Positions 1 to 10,222 of a DNA stretch of 64,000 nt are shown one piece after another (the first letter of the stretch is position 1; each line of letters starts with the position of its first letter). Source of the DNA: an uncultured bacterium. GTDB taxonomy: Bacteria; Oederibacteriota; JAAXVQ01; JAUVAV01. The notes beneath the pieces were generated by a model, which saw nothing but the letters and a program-made list of their open reading frames with translations, made no database searches and was not told the origin of the DNA. Location: NCBI GenBank assembly GCA_963710755.1, contig CAVQBK010000003.1, positions 1,024,001 to 1,088,000 on the forward strand, written 5' to 3'. Position numbers and translations under genes: made by a program.

Positions 1-1
1 A

Positions 2-1165
2 CCAGGAGCCAATCCCGATCAAGTTAAGCAAGAGCTGTCTCATTATCAATTGATTTCAGAAGAATGGGGCGGTAAAACCATTTTTGTGGAGATTTCCGCC
101 AAAAAGAAAATAGGCATCGACAAGCTGCTGGAAATGATTTTGCTGGAAGCGGAGATGCTGGAATTGAAAGCTAATCCCTCGTCCCGAGCCAAAGGTACGG
201 TCATTGAAGCCAAACTGGACCGTGGACGGGGTACGGTGGTAACGGCGCTGATAGAGCGGGGGACCATTAAAGTCGGAGATCCCATTGTCGTTGGCGTTCA
301 ATATGGACGGGTCCGGGCTTTGAATAATGACCGCGGCCAAGCTGTAAAAAATGCCGGCCCAGGCACACCAGTGGAACTTTTGGGGATGTCCGGCATGCCC
401 TCTGCCGGTGATATCCTGCAAGGGGTGGAAAGTGACAAACTGGCGCGTCAAGTGGCTATGAAACGGCAAATGATCAAACGGGAGCAAGAACTCAAAAAAG
501 GCAACAAAATCACCTTGGATAACCTGAACAACCAAATCGCGGAAGGGGCGGTTAAAGAATTAAAGATTATTATCAAGGCTGATGTGCAGGGTTCGGCAGA
601 AGTGTTGAAAGAATCCCTGGAAGGGCTGTCCACGGAAAAAGTGAAATTAACCTGTATTCATAGTGCGGTGGGCAACATCCGTGAGAGTGATATCATGTTG
701 GCTGCGGCCAGTAACGCAATTCTCCTGGGATTCAATGTTACTCCTGAAAGTGGAGTGGATCAGGCCGCCAAACGGGAAGATGTGGATGTGCGTATTTACA
801 AAGTCATTTATGAAATGGTGGAAGATGTTAAAGCCGCCATGACCGGACTCTTGGAACCGCATTATCACGAAGTGCCCCTGGGCAAGGCCGAAGTTAAAAC
901 CCTATTTAAATTATCATCAGGACACTTTATTGCCGGGTCACAAGTCACCACCGGCAAAGTGCTGCGTAATGCCCATGGCAAGGTTGTTCGTCAGGGCGAG
1001 ATTATTCATCAGGGCAAAATTGAATCCCTGCGCCGCTTCAAAGAGGATGTCAAAGAAGTTGGCGTGGGTATGGAATGCGGAATTACCCTCACCGGATTTA
1101 AAGATTTTGAACCTGGTGATATCATTGAAGCCTTTGAATTGGAAGCCGTGGCCCAGAAATTATAA
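2..1165 (+). CDS. infB: Translation initiation factor IF-2, C-terminal part (5' end outside window)
   Basis: Frame is open from nt 2 (PGANPDQVKQEL...EEWGG); motifs IIIKADVQGSAE, SLRRFKEDVKEV, GMECGI. Confidence 0.98.
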   Translation, partial: PGANPDQVKQELSHYQLISEEWGGKTIFVEISAKKKIGIDKLLEMILLEAEMLELKANPSSRAKGTVIEAKLDRGRGTVVTALIERGTIKVGDPIVVGVQYGRVRALNNDRGQAVKNAGPGTPVELLGMSGMPSAGDILQGVESDKLARQVAMKRQMIKREQELKKGNKITLDNLNNQIAEGAVKELKIIIKADVQGSAEVLKESLEGLSTEKVKLTCIHSAVGNIRESDIMLAAASNAILLGFNVTPESGVDQAAKREDVDVRIYKVIYEMVEDVKAAMTGLLEPHYHEVPLGKAEVKTLFKLSSGHFIAGSQVTTGKVLRNAHGKVVRQGEIIHQGKIESLRRFKEDVKEVGVGMECGITLTGFKDFEPGDIIEAFELEAVAQKL

Positions 1166-1235
1166 ACGGCCAGAGTAATGAGCGGACTGAGTCAGTCCGT
1201 GCCTGGGGCTGAAAAGGGACCGCAGGTGAGCGACG

Positions 1236-1517
1236 ATGAAGATTGGCTGTTTGCAGGGCGAATTGTTTATCCCAGAAAACCGATCACTGAAAGAGAAACG
1301 CATGCTCTTGCGGCGTCTCTTCGACCGGCTGAGGAATCAATTCAATGTTTCCGTGGCGGAAGTGGACTTTCAGGATTATTGGCAACGTGCCGCCATTGCC
1401 ATTGTTTGTGTCAATACCACTGCCGCCGGGGCGCAGCGAACGCTGCAGCAGGCCCTCAATCTCATCGATCAACTGGCGGAAGCGGAATTAATCAACCCCA
1501 CGATGGATTTAATTTAG
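1236..1517 (+). CDS. DUF503 (YlxP-like) protein
   Basis: SLKEKR...LRNQFNVSVAEVDFQD motif; conserved position between infB and rbfA. Confidence 0.9.
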   Translation: MKIGCLQGELFIPENRSLKEKRMLLRRLFDRLRNQFNVSVAEVDFQDYWQRAAIAIVCVNTTAAGAQRTLQQALNLIDQLAEAELINPTMDLI

Positions 1518-1722
1518 ATAAGACGTGGCCGGGCTGCTGGGTTGGTCAAACCACAGATCTTTAATACGTCCTCCCCTTCATCCCTGGTGATAAAGGGGAA
1601 ATAATAAAATAAAATTCCCCTCGACTCAAAAGCACTACGGCTTGTTGCCGAAGGCAGTCCCATCAAGTTGGAGTTCATGACTGGTCGGGGCCGAAGGGTA
1701 ATTTAACACACAGAGGTAACTC

Positions 1723-2097
1723 ATGGGCGGAAAACGAACTGATCGCCTAGCTTCCCAATTGATGCGGGAAATCTCGGAGATTATCAGAAGAAAGATGACT
1801 GACCCCCGTTTGGCCTGGCTCTCCGTCACCCATGCCGAAGTCTCCAAAGACATGATGGAGGCAAAAATATTCATCCAAACCCTGGCGGAAGGTGAAAAAC
1901 AAATCGAGGCTTTAAACACGCTGAAACACGCCACGGGATTTATCAAGGGTGAACTGGGCCGTCGTCTCAATTGGCGTACTATCCCTAATTTGCAATTTAT
2001 GCTGGATGACGAATTGGAAAAGAATGAAAAAATATTAAGAGTGCTGGACCAATTGGCCATAGAGAGGGAAAAGAACAATGGTGGAACAGAAGCTTAA
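1723..2097 (+). CDS. rbfA: Ribosome-binding factor A
   Basis: RTDRLASQLMREISEII, DPRL, IPNLQFMLD; GAGG RBS. Confidence 0.97.
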   Translation: MGGKRTDRLASQLMREISEIIRRKMTDPRLAWLSVTHAEVSKDMMEAKIFIQTLAEGEKQIEALNTLKHATGFIKGELGRRLNWRTIPNLQFMLDDELEKNEKILRVLDQLAIEREKNNGGTEA

Positions 2098-3085
2098 TCG
2101 CGATCCGGACTATGATCGCGAGTTCGAAAATGCCCTCAAAGTTATCAACGAGCATAAACAATTTATTTTAACTACACATATCAATCCCGATGGTGACGGC
2201 CTGGGTTGCGAATCGGCTTTGGTTCTGGCTCTGACCAGCATGGGCAAAAAAGTGCGTATCGTCAATGCTCATCCCATCCCCGATCTTTATTATTTTCTTC
2301 CTCAGCATGATGTATTTGAAGTGGGAGAGTTGCAAGCCACCTCCAAGGATGTGGTAATCTATCTGGAATGTCCTGACGAACAGCGTTCAGGCAATGTGAT
2401 AAAGCAGACCCAGAAGGCGGCCCATATCATCAATATTGATCACCACGTTTTTAATGCCCGATATGGCACAATCAATTTAATTGATCCCACCGCCTCGGCG
2501 GCCGGTGAACAAATTTGGGAATTGGTCAGTGCCCTCAATTGTTCACGTGATCAACGCATGGCCATTGGCATTTATACCGCTATTGCCACAGATACGGGGC
2601 ACTTCAAATATGCCGGGGTTACCCCGAGAACCCATCAAATCATCGGGCAATTAATTGAATTGGGCGTGCAGCCCAGCTATATGAATGAGCAACTTTATGA
2701 ACGGGTGCCCCTGGAAGCTTTGGCCCTTTTGGGCCGGGCGCTTTGCACGGTCAATTATAATCTCGAGAGAACAGTGGGGTGGTTTTACATTACCCGTGCC
2801 ATGCTGGCCGAAACCCATGCCAAACAAAATCAAACCGAGAACTTTGTCAATTATGTCCGGGCTGTGGATGGCGTGCAAGTGGCCATCTTTTTTCTGGAAA
2901 CTGAAGATGAAAAAATAAAAATATCCTTTCGCTCCCGTGGCTCCGTGGATGTTTCTACCATTGCCCATCACTTCGGTGGGGGAGGTCACCAGCGCGCAGC
3001 CGGGGCTCTACTGGAAGGCTCCATGGAACAAGTGCAGGAAAAAGTTTTGGCAGAGGTATTGACGCGCATGTCCCCTAAGGACTGA
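2078..3085 (+). CDS. nrnA: DHH-family bifunctional oligoribonuclease/PAP phosphatase
   Basis: HINPDGDG, IDHH, TDTGHF, GGGGH motifs. Confidence 0.92.
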   Translation: MVEQKLNRDPDYDREFENALKVINEHKQFILTTHINPDGDGLGCESALVLALTSMGKKVRIVNAHPIPDLYYFLPQHDVFEVGELQATSKDVVIYLECPDEQRSGNVIKQTQKAAHIINIDHHVFNARYGTINLIDPTASAAGEQIWELVSALNCSRDQRMAIGIYTAIATDTGHFKYAGVTPRTHQIIGQLIELGVQPSYMNEQLYERVPLEALALLGRALCTVNYNLERTVGWFYITRAMLAETHAKQNQTENFVNYVRAVDGVQVAIFFLETEDEKIKISFRSRGSVDVSTIAHHFGGGGHQRAAGALLEGSMEQVQEKVLAEVLTRMSPKD

Positions 3086-3087
3086 TC

Positions 3088-3981
3088 ATGCATGCCGGAT
3101 TTCTGCCCATGTTTAAACCGACGGGACCAAGTTCCGCTGCTTTTGTGGGGCAAGTACGCCGCCTGCTGGGGGGGCCTAAAGTCGGTCATACGGGTACTCT
3201 CGATCCGGCCGCGGACGGTCTGTTGATCTTGGCTTTTTCCCGAGCTACCTCCTTGATTCCTTATTTACCCACTGACAAACGCTATTTAGCCCACATCAAA
3301 TTAGGGGTGACCACCCACACCCTGGATGCCAGCGGCCGCGTCTTGGAACGCCGGCCGGTGCCGTCATTGGACCAAGCCCGGCTGGCCGATGTGTTGGCGT
3401 CCTTTACCGGCATGATTCAGCAAATTCCTCCTATGGTCTCAGCCCTGCAGGTCAAGGGTAAACGCTTGTATCGTTTGGCTCGGAAGGGGGTGGAGGTAGA
3501 TCGTCCTCCCCGGACCGTCACCATCTATAAGCTGGAGCTGCTTGCCCGCCACCAAGATGAATTGGTCCTGGATGTGCGTTGTTCCTCCGGGACTTATATT
3601 CGTACTCTGGCGGATGACATCGGTCAGGCCCTTGGCTGCGGTGCCCATTTGCAGATGCTAACCAGAACGGAGAGCAATGGATTTGATTCGAGCCAAGTCA
3701 TAACATGGGAAGTCTTATCGCAAACGGAGAATCGTACCCATTGGCAGGATCTGCTTGTTCCGCCCGAAAAAGCTTTGATACACCTGCCTCGGTTGCAGCT
3801 GGATGACCAGCAGGCCCGGGCCGTATGCCATGGCCAACCGGTCAAGCTCTTACAGCCGGTTCAGTGGCCAGCTGATCATCCTGGCTTGGTAATCGGCCCG
3901 GATCAGGCCTTTTTGGGCATGGGCATTATTACGGATCAGCAGCTGAAAATGAACCGGGTATGGTGGCCGCCAGTAGCTTAA
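3088..3981 (+). CDS. truB: tRNA pseudouridine(55) synthase
   Basis: KVGHTGTLDP, PPMVSA, CSSGTYIRTL. Confidence 0.97.
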   Translation: MHAGFLPMFKPTGPSSAAFVGQVRRLLGGPKVGHTGTLDPAADGLLILAFSRATSLIPYLPTDKRYLAHIKLGVTTHTLDASGRVLERRPVPSLDQARLADVLASFTGMIQQIPPMVSALQVKGKRLYRLARKGVEVDRPPRTVTIYKLELLARHQDELVLDVRCSSGTYIRTLADDIGQALGCGAHLQMLTRTESNGFDSSQVITWEVLSQTENRTHWQDLLVPPEKALIHLPRLQLDDQQARAVCHGQPVKLLQPVQWPADHPGLVIGPDQAFLGMGIITDQQLKMNRVWWPPVA

Positions 3982-3983
3982 TT

Positions 3984-4011
3984 CTAGGGTAGCGGCATGC
4001 CTGTGCCCCAG
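3984..4011. repeat. Degenerate copy of the GTAGGGGCACGG-type REP-like palindrome
   Basis: ctagggtagcggcatgcctgtgccccag resembles the copies at 47606 and 50187; intergenic. Confidence 0.4.
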
Positions 4012-4046
4012 AACTGGGTTAGGCCTACTCGGACAAAGGAAGCGTC

Positions 4047-5036
4047 ATGAACGTTTATTATCGTTTTCCTCAACGCAGAAATCAGTTCCGGGTGATTACT
4101 GTTGGCGTATTCGATGGTGTTCATCTGGGGCATGCCAAATTACTGAAACGGCTGATTACGACTGCGCGGCAACAACACTTTCGCGCTGCGGTGATTACGT
4201 TTGATGATCATCCGCATGGCACCCTAGCCCCGGCTGAACGCCCCCCGCGCTTAGCCACTCCAGCGCAATGCCTTGAGCGCATGGCCTTTCTCGGCGTGGA
4301 CGAAGTATTCCTCATTTCCTTTACTCCCCAATTGGCAGCTTTAACCGCCGACACTTTTGTCAGGACTATTTTGGTGGCCAAACTCGGTGTTAAGCATATC
4401 GTGGTGGGGAAAGATTTTGTTTTTGGCAAGAACGGCCAAGGCAACATTCATTTATTAAGGAAAATGGGCAAGGTTTTGGGATTTGAAGTCACTGTGGTGT
4501 CACCATTGCGCAGAGACCGGCAAGTTGTGAGTTCCAGTACCTTGCGACAATTAATCGCCCGCGGCGCCGTGGCTCAAGCTGCACGCTGGTTAGGGTGGGC
4601 CTACACCCTTCATGGGGTGGTGGAACGAGGCGAGGGCCGAGGCAGCCAGTTGGGCATTCCCACGGCTAATTTAAGAACTACTCATGAGGTGGTCCCGTCA
4701 CCTGGAACCTATGCGGTCCTGGCAGTAATCCAAGGACAGATCTGGCCCGCCCTCTGTCACATTGGTAAGCGGCCGACATTTCACCGTTGGGGACCGGAAA
4801 CCATAGAAACCTACATTCCCGGATGGAAAGGCCGGTTATACGGCGAACGCCTGGAGGTGCAATTCCTCGGGAAGTTACGCCGGGAGAAACGGTTTCACGG
4901 TGCGGCGGCCTTGGTGCAACAAGTGATTAAAGACTGGGCGGACGCCATGTCCTTTTGGCCGGCTGGTATAACGCTCAGACATAAGGATTTACACGGGTTA
5001 ATTAACCACGACCAGAAACATCACGGCAACCTATAG
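4047..5036 (+). CDS. ribF: Bifunctional riboflavin kinase/FAD synthetase
   Basis: GVFDGVHLGH, VSSSTLR, LGIPTANL, IGKRPTF. Confidence 0.96.
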   Translation: MNVYYRFPQRRNQFRVITVGVFDGVHLGHAKLLKRLITTARQQHFRAAVITFDDHPHGTLAPAERPPRLATPAQCLERMAFLGVDEVFLISFTPQLAALTADTFVRTILVAKLGVKHIVVGKDFVFGKNGQGNIHLLRKMGKVLGFEVTVVSPLRRDRQVVSSSTLRQLIARGAVAQAARWLGWAYTLHGVVERGEGRGSQLGIPTANLRTTHEVVPSPGTYAVLAVIQGQIWPALCHIGKRPTFHRWGPETIETYIPGWKGRLYGERLEVQFLGKLRREKRFHGAAALVQQVIKDWADAMSFWPAGITLRHKDLHGLINHDQKHHGNL

Positions 5037-5301
5037 ATGAGTAAGGGCGCGGAAACCAGGCGCCCCAAAAAGGGCAATGTTTTTTTGCATTGGATGGCTG
5101 TACTGTTGGCGGGCTTGGGCCGATACTATGTTTTAGGACGGCCATCGTCAGCACCATTCAGGGTGTTTCTTTACTATGGCCGCCACAAAACACTATTAAC
5201 AGAAGGCCAACTCCTAAAAGGCTTCAAGTCCATGAACACCACGCGTGTCTCATGTACAAAGGCAGGGGCGAGGGGCATTGGCAGGGAGTGCGGGAGGTCC
5301 T

Positions 5302-5652
5302 ATGAAAGAACTGGATATCACCTTGGAACAAGCGGAAGATGTGGCGGTGCTCATAGCCAAGGGGATGATGGATATCGATGAGGTGCAGAAATTTGAGCGT
5401 TATATTTTGCGTTTGCTGAAAAATGATCAACTCAAAATCGTGTTGGATTTGAATCAATTGACCTATATCTCCTCTTCCGGGTTGGGCCTGATTATTGGTT
5501 ATATTCGCGATGTCCGGCGCAAAGGCGGGGATATCAAGATTGGCGGTATGTCGGAACGGGTTCAGGACATTTTAAATACCTTCGGATTTTCCGTCATTTT
5601 TGACACCTTTGCCACCAGGGAAGAAGCTCTGCTTAAGTTCAAGGACCTTTAA
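5302..5652 (+). CDS. STAS-domain anti-sigma factor antagonist
   Basis: IVLDLNQLTYISSSGLG; GGAGG RBS supports ATG 5302 rather than 5245. Confidence 0.9.
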   Translation: MKELDITLEQAEDVAVLIAKGMMDIDEVQKFERYILRLLKNDQLKIVLDLNQLTYISSSGLGLIIGYIRDVRRKGGDIKIGGMSERVQDILNTFGFSVIFDTFATREEALLKFKDL

Positions 5653-5657
5653 CACTC

Positions 5658-7196
5658 ATGCCGCCCGCTTCTCCCCAAGCCCTGAACGGCACTCCCATGC
5701 AATGGGGGCTTAAAACCGCGGCCTGGCTGACGGTAATGGTTTTTTTAACTGGCAGCGCCATAGTTTTGATGGTGCATTATCACCTTAACCGCAGTTTAAG
5801 CGCCCAACTGCAAGTCCGCGGGACGGTGCTGACCAGCCAGTTGGCGGCCAGTGCTTCGGAGGCCCTGGTAACCAAAGATCGGTTGATGATGACCGAAATG
5901 GTAACGGCCCTGGCCAAACAAGACAAAACGATCCTAATGGCCGCCTTGGTGGACATTGATCAACGCATCCTGGTCAGCAGTCATTCTGATTTGGAAGGGG
6001 AGCGTTACCCACAGCCACAGGAGGATACAGTCTGGGAGGCTAATGCGGTTGACGTCAATGCCGTACGTTACCGGCAGCAGCCATGTCTGGATTTTGCTTG
6101 CCGCATTGCTTTGGACCAGCGTATTAAAGCCAAGGCCCGCTTGTTGGGATATGCCCATCTCCTTTTTTCTTTACAACCCATCCACAACCTGACGCAGAGG
6201 CTTTTAATTAAAAATATATTGTTGGTTATGGCCGGCTGCAGCCTGAGCTTTTTTTTGAGCTGGTTTTTGTTCAGCTTGGTATACAAGGACCAACTTTATT
6301 ATATCAGAGTACTCGAGCTGATTACTCAAGGCCATTATAGTGAGATGCAAGAGAGCCAGAAGTCATCCTCCAGATATCAGGCCCAGATTCAAAGGCTTCA
6401 AGCTAATGTAGAGGGCATTATTCATAAACGGCTGGAAGAGGCCAAGGATCAGCAGCGGGGGAAAATGGCACTGACCATTCAAAATCAACTCATTCCCAAA
6501 CTGCCGCCCCAACTGCCTGGAATTGACCTTGGCCTTTATTTTAAATCGGGAAACACCGTGGGCGGAGATTATCTGGATTGTATCAAACTGGATGATCACC
6601 ATTGGGGCTTGGTTGTCGCGGATATTGCCGGCCAGGGCGTAGGGGCGGCCGTGATTATGAGTCAGGTCCGATCCTTTTTACGCAGCGTCTGCCAATACCA
6701 TTTGTCGCCCTTAAAAACACTTGTCACAACCAACCGGCAGTTGTATAAAGAAAAGCAAGAAAATGCCCTTATCACCATGACCTACGCGGTGTTGGATAGT
6801 GCAAAAACCACGCTGACCTTTTGCCGGGCCGGTCATGTGGGTACGCTGATCTATAGGAGAGGCCTTTCCAAATTGGAAGTGGAAAAACCGGCGGGTATAG
6901 CCATGGGGATGGCAGCACCCGAGTCCTTTGAAGCGGTTCTGGTAGAACGGAAAATAAAGCTGCTTCCCGGCGATTGCCTGTTGTTGTATACTGATGGCAT
7001 CATGAAAAAAATGGGACAGGACCGGTCATTTTACAGCCTGGAGAAGTTGAATGTGATTTTTTCACTTTATGCCAGCCGGCCTGCCAAGACCATTCTTAAA
7101 ATGATTGAAAATGACATGCAACAGTATAATGCCCTGGAACAATTGGATGATATGGGCATGATGTTGCTTAAGCTAGAGGAGGCCGAACTATCGTGA
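5658..7196 (+). CDS. Membrane-anchored SpoIIE/RsbU-like PP2C phosphatase with extracytoplasmic sensor region
   Basis: Two hydrophobic segments, then GGDYLD, VVADIAGQG, LYTDG, DDMGM. Confidence 0.85.
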   Translation: MPPASPQALNGTPMQWGLKTAAWLTVMVFLTGSAIVLMVHYHLNRSLSAQLQVRGTVLTSQLAASASEALVTKDRLMMTEMVTALAKQDKTILMAALVDIDQRILVSSHSDLEGERYPQPQEDTVWEANAVDVNAVRYRQQPCLDFACRIALDQRIKAKARLLGYAHLLFSLQPIHNLTQRLLIKNILLVMAGCSLSFFLSWFLFSLVYKDQLYYIRVLELITQGHYSEMQESQKSSSRYQAQIQRLQANVEGIIHKRLEEAKDQQRGKMALTIQNQLIPKLPPQLPGIDLGLYFKSGNTVGGDYLDCIKLDDHHWGLVVADIAGQGVGAAVIMSQVRSFLRSVCQYHLSPLKTLVTTNRQLYKEKQENALITMTYAVLDSAKTTLTFCRAGHVGTLIYRRGLSKLEVEKPAGIAMGMAAPESFEAVLVERKIKLLPGDCLLLYTDGIMKKMGQDRSFYSLEKLNVIFSLYASRPAKTILKMIENDMQQYNALEQLDDMGMMLLKLEEAELS

Positions 7197-7474
7197 ATAA
7201 AAAAGAATTGGCCAAACGTTTAACCAAACGTTTTGGCTTTAGCCAGCGGGAAGCCACTGTTATTCTGGACCAGTTTTTGGAGAGCATGGCCAGCGAGCTT
7301 GAAAAAAACCGGCGCGTGGAATTGCGCGGTCTGGGCACCCTGGGAACCAAACAACGCCGTCCCAGCCTGGGCCGGGTTGTGAAGACCGGGGAGACTGTGG
7401 CGGTACCGGCCATGCGCAGGGTCTATTTCCGGCCCGGACGCACCTTAAAAGAAATCCGTCCCTTGGATCAATAA
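7193..7474 (+). CDS. HU/IHF-family DNA-binding protein
   Basis: MNKKELAKRL, VELRGLGT, KTGETVAVPA, VYFRPG. Confidence 0.9.
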   Translation: MNKKELAKRLTKRFGFSQREATVILDQFLESMASELEKNRRVELRGLGTLGTKQRRPSLGRVVKTGETVAVPAMRRVYFRPGRTLKEIRPLDQ

Positions 7475-7477
7475 GCC

Positions 7478-9697
7478 TTGATGAAAAGCCGTATTGATTT
7501 AACCACCTTAAATCCTCCGCAATATCGTGCCGTAACCTATGGGCAGGGGCCTCTGCTGGTATTAGCCGGCGCAGGCTCGGGAAAGACCCGTGTGATTACC
7601 TATCGTATCGCCTATCTGATGGAGACCGAAGAGCTCGCGCCCCATCAGCTCATGGCGGTTACCTTTACCAATAAGGCTGCCCAGGAAATGCGGGAACGCA
7701 TCAATAAATTAGTCGGAAAGAAAAGCGGTCAGGACATTTGGATTGGTACCTTTCATGCCCTCTGTCTGCGCATGCTCAAACAGAGCCTACCCTATGACTT
7801 TACCATTTATGATCAAGAGGACGCCAAGCGATTGATCAAGGAGTGTCAGCGCGAACTGAATATGGATGAAAAAATGCTTAAGGCCGATGTTCTTGGGTAT
7901 CGCATTGAAAGTGCCAAGCACGAATTAATCGATGAAGAGGAGTATGAACGGCTGGCCTCGGATTTTGCTACGCGGCTGACCGCCAAAGTCTATCGTCTTT
8001 ATCAGAAAAAGCTGGCCCGGAACCGGGCTTTGGACTTCGGTGATCTGATCATGACCACGGTTAAACTCTTTAAAACCCAACCGGAGCTGCTGCAAAAATA
8101 CCAAGACCAGTTTCGTTTCATTTTAGTGGATGAATACCAGGACATCAATCATTGCCAATATTATTGGATCAAGCTCTTGGCCGGTGAGCGGGCCAACCTC
8201 ACCGTGGTGGGTGATGATGACCAAAGTATTTATCAGTTTCGCGGTGCCGATTTAAGAAACATCCTGGAATTCGAGCGCGATTACCCTAAAACCGAAGTGG
8301 TTAAATTGGAACAGAATTACCGCTCCAGCCAGAATATTCTGGCGGCGGCTTCAGCAGTGGTTAAAAACAATAAAGGCCGAAAAGAAAAGACGTTATGGAC
8401 CGAAAAAGCCGCCGGCCCTCCCATTATTTATTTCCGTGCCCAGACGGAAATGGAGGAAGCCCAGTTTGTGGTTAAATCCATTGTGCAGGATGTTTTCGAC
8501 TATCACCGGCGTCATTTGAATGATTGCGTCATCCTTTACCGTACCAACGCCCAATCCCGCCCCTTTGAAGATGCCTTGCGCCGGGAGCGGGTACCTTATA
8601 AAATCGTAGGCGGCATGAAATTTTATGACCGCATGGAAATCAAGGATGTGCTTTCCTATTTAAAAGTGCTCGTCAATCCCAATGATGAACTGGCTCTGGG
8701 CCGGATCGTCAACACGCCAGCCCGGGGGTTGGGGGAAGGCGCCCTTGGCAAGATTCGGGAATCAGCCTCACGCTTGGAGTTGACCTCTATGGAGACCATG
8801 GCCTATTTGGCCGGGCACCCGGAGGAGTTACCCAACCGTTCCCGGGAAGCGGTGATCCAGTTTGCCCAGCTTATGGCCGGACTGAATGAGAAGAAAGACC
8901 ACCTGCCTTTGCCCCAATTTTTAAACGCCGTAATCATTGACAGCGGCTATCTGGCTATGTGGGAGAAAGCGCCCTTTGAAGAAGGTCAGGCGAGAATTGA
9001 AAATTTAAATGAACTGATCGTGGCGGCCGATGAATTCCAAAAAACCAGTGAGACCGGGCTGCAGGGTTTTTTGGATCAAATCGCTCTAGTATCCAACCTG
9101 GATGACGATCGTAAAAACAGCGACGAGGTCACCCTCATGACTTACCATAGCGCTAAAGGCCTTGAATTTCCCCTGGTCTTCATGGCTGGGATGGAGGAAG
9201 GGCTGTTTCCTCACGGCAACGCGCTTCAGGAAGAGCAGGGCATTGCAGAAGAACGACGGTTATGTTATGTGGGGATTACCCGTGCCATGGATCAACTGGT
9301 TATGACCGGAACGGCCATGCGCACCAATTTTGGAAACAGAATCTACAATACCGAATCCAGATTTCTTCACGAAATTCCGGGCTATTTATTCATTGGTCAA
9401 AAACCGCTTCACCATCAGAAAGCTGAAGCCCGGGCCCAGGACGCTGGTTTATTTTCCGGCGAGTCGGCTGATGCTGCGCCAGCGGACACCATAACGCTTG
9501 ATGAAGAGCCCGCTGCAGACCCGCTGCCTGTGGGGAGCAGGGTGCGCCATGCCAAATACGGGGCAGGCACGGTGGTGGCTAAAAGCGGGTCGGGTGAAGA
9601 TTTAAAGATCGAAGTGGCTTTCGTTAATTTTGGACGAAAAAAAATGTTGGCCCGCTTTGCAGCCTTGCAGGTTATGAGCGTACCTCAGCGTTCCTGA
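7478..9697 (+). CDS. pcrA: ATP-dependent DNA helicase PcrA/UvrD
   Basis: AGAGSGKT, LVDEYQD, VGDDDQSIY, EERRLCYVGITRA, C-terminal Tudor-like RVRHAKYG. Confidence 0.96.
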   Translation: MMKSRIDLTTLNPPQYRAVTYGQGPLLVLAGAGSGKTRVITYRIAYLMETEELAPHQLMAVTFTNKAAQEMRERINKLVGKKSGQDIWIGTFHALCLRMLKQSLPYDFTIYDQEDAKRLIKECQRELNMDEKMLKADVLGYRIESAKHELIDEEEYERLASDFATRLTAKVYRLYQKKLARNRALDFGDLIMTTVKLFKTQPELLQKYQDQFRFILVDEYQDINHCQYYWIKLLAGERANLTVVGDDDQSIYQFRGADLRNILEFERDYPKTEVVKLEQNYRSSQNILAAASAVVKNNKGRKEKTLWTEKAAGPPIIYFRAQTEMEEAQFVVKSIVQDVFDYHRRHLNDCVILYRTNAQSRPFEDALRRERVPYKIVGGMKFYDRMEIKDVLSYLKVLVNPNDELALGRIVNTPARGLGEGALGKIRESASRLELTSMETMAYLAGHPEELPNRSREAVIQFAQLMAGLNEKKDHLPLPQFLNAVIIDSGYLAMWEKAPFEEGQARIENLNELIVAADEFQKTSETGLQGFLDQIALVSNLDDDRKNSDEVTLMTYHSAKGLEFPLVFMAGMEEGLFPHGNALQEEQGIAEERRLCYVGITRAMDQLVMTGTAMRTNFGNRIYNTESRFLHEIPGYLFIGQKPLHHQKAEARAQDAGLFSGESADAAPADTITLDEEPAADPLPVGSRVRHAKYGAGTVVAKSGSGEDLKIEVAFVNFGRKKMLARFAALQVMSVPQRS

Positions 9698-9745
9698 ATG
9701 GCTGCCATGGCCAGGGCAGGAACGCCAAACAAAGGAGATCAAGGC

Positions 9746-10111
9746 ATGAGCAGAAGCTTTGACATCAATATTATTGCATTGGAAAAACCGGAGACCCTGC
9801 TGTGCATGTTGACCGGATCCCTGGAATTAAGCTCAACCATGGAACTGGAAAATATTTTGGAAAAGGTGATTGTCACCAATCAGGAAAAAGTCATTTTCGA
9901 TCTTGGCCAGGTGTCCTATATTAACAGTCAGGGGTTCAGCGCTTTTTTAGCTGTTCAAAAAAAATTGAGCACCGGCAAGGGTGGTGTGGTGCTGGTGGCA
10001 GCCAACAAACGGTTGCGTTATATTCTGGACCTTACGGGGTTTTATCAAGCTATTCCCGTATATGATAATCTGGAAGAAGCCTTGCAGAAAGATGACCTCT
10101 TCAAAGCTTGA
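9746..10111 (+). CDS. STAS-domain protein
   Basis: VIFDLGQVSYINSQG; AAGGAG RBS before ATG 9746. Confidence 0.85.
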   Translation: MSRSFDINIIALEKPETLLCMLTGSLELSSTMELENILEKVIVTNQEKVIFDLGQVSYINSQGFSAFLAVQKKLSTGKGGVVLVAANKRLRYILDLTGFYQAIPVYDNLEEALQKDDLFKA

Positions 10112-10222
10112 TAAACCATTTTTTTAAGACAATTACCTCTATCCAGCGATAGACCGGGCCCGAAGGCCAATTATGGTCAAGGGCACCGCAAGCCCTATTT
10201 CTTCAACGCGAGGAGCCGCACC

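Noticed and set aside
1178-1564. 128-aa ORF after infB
   Set aside because: Out-of-frame shadow of the DUF503 gene
5037-5381. 114-aa ORF after ribF
   Set aside because: No recognisable motif or RBS; overlaps the STAS gene out of frame
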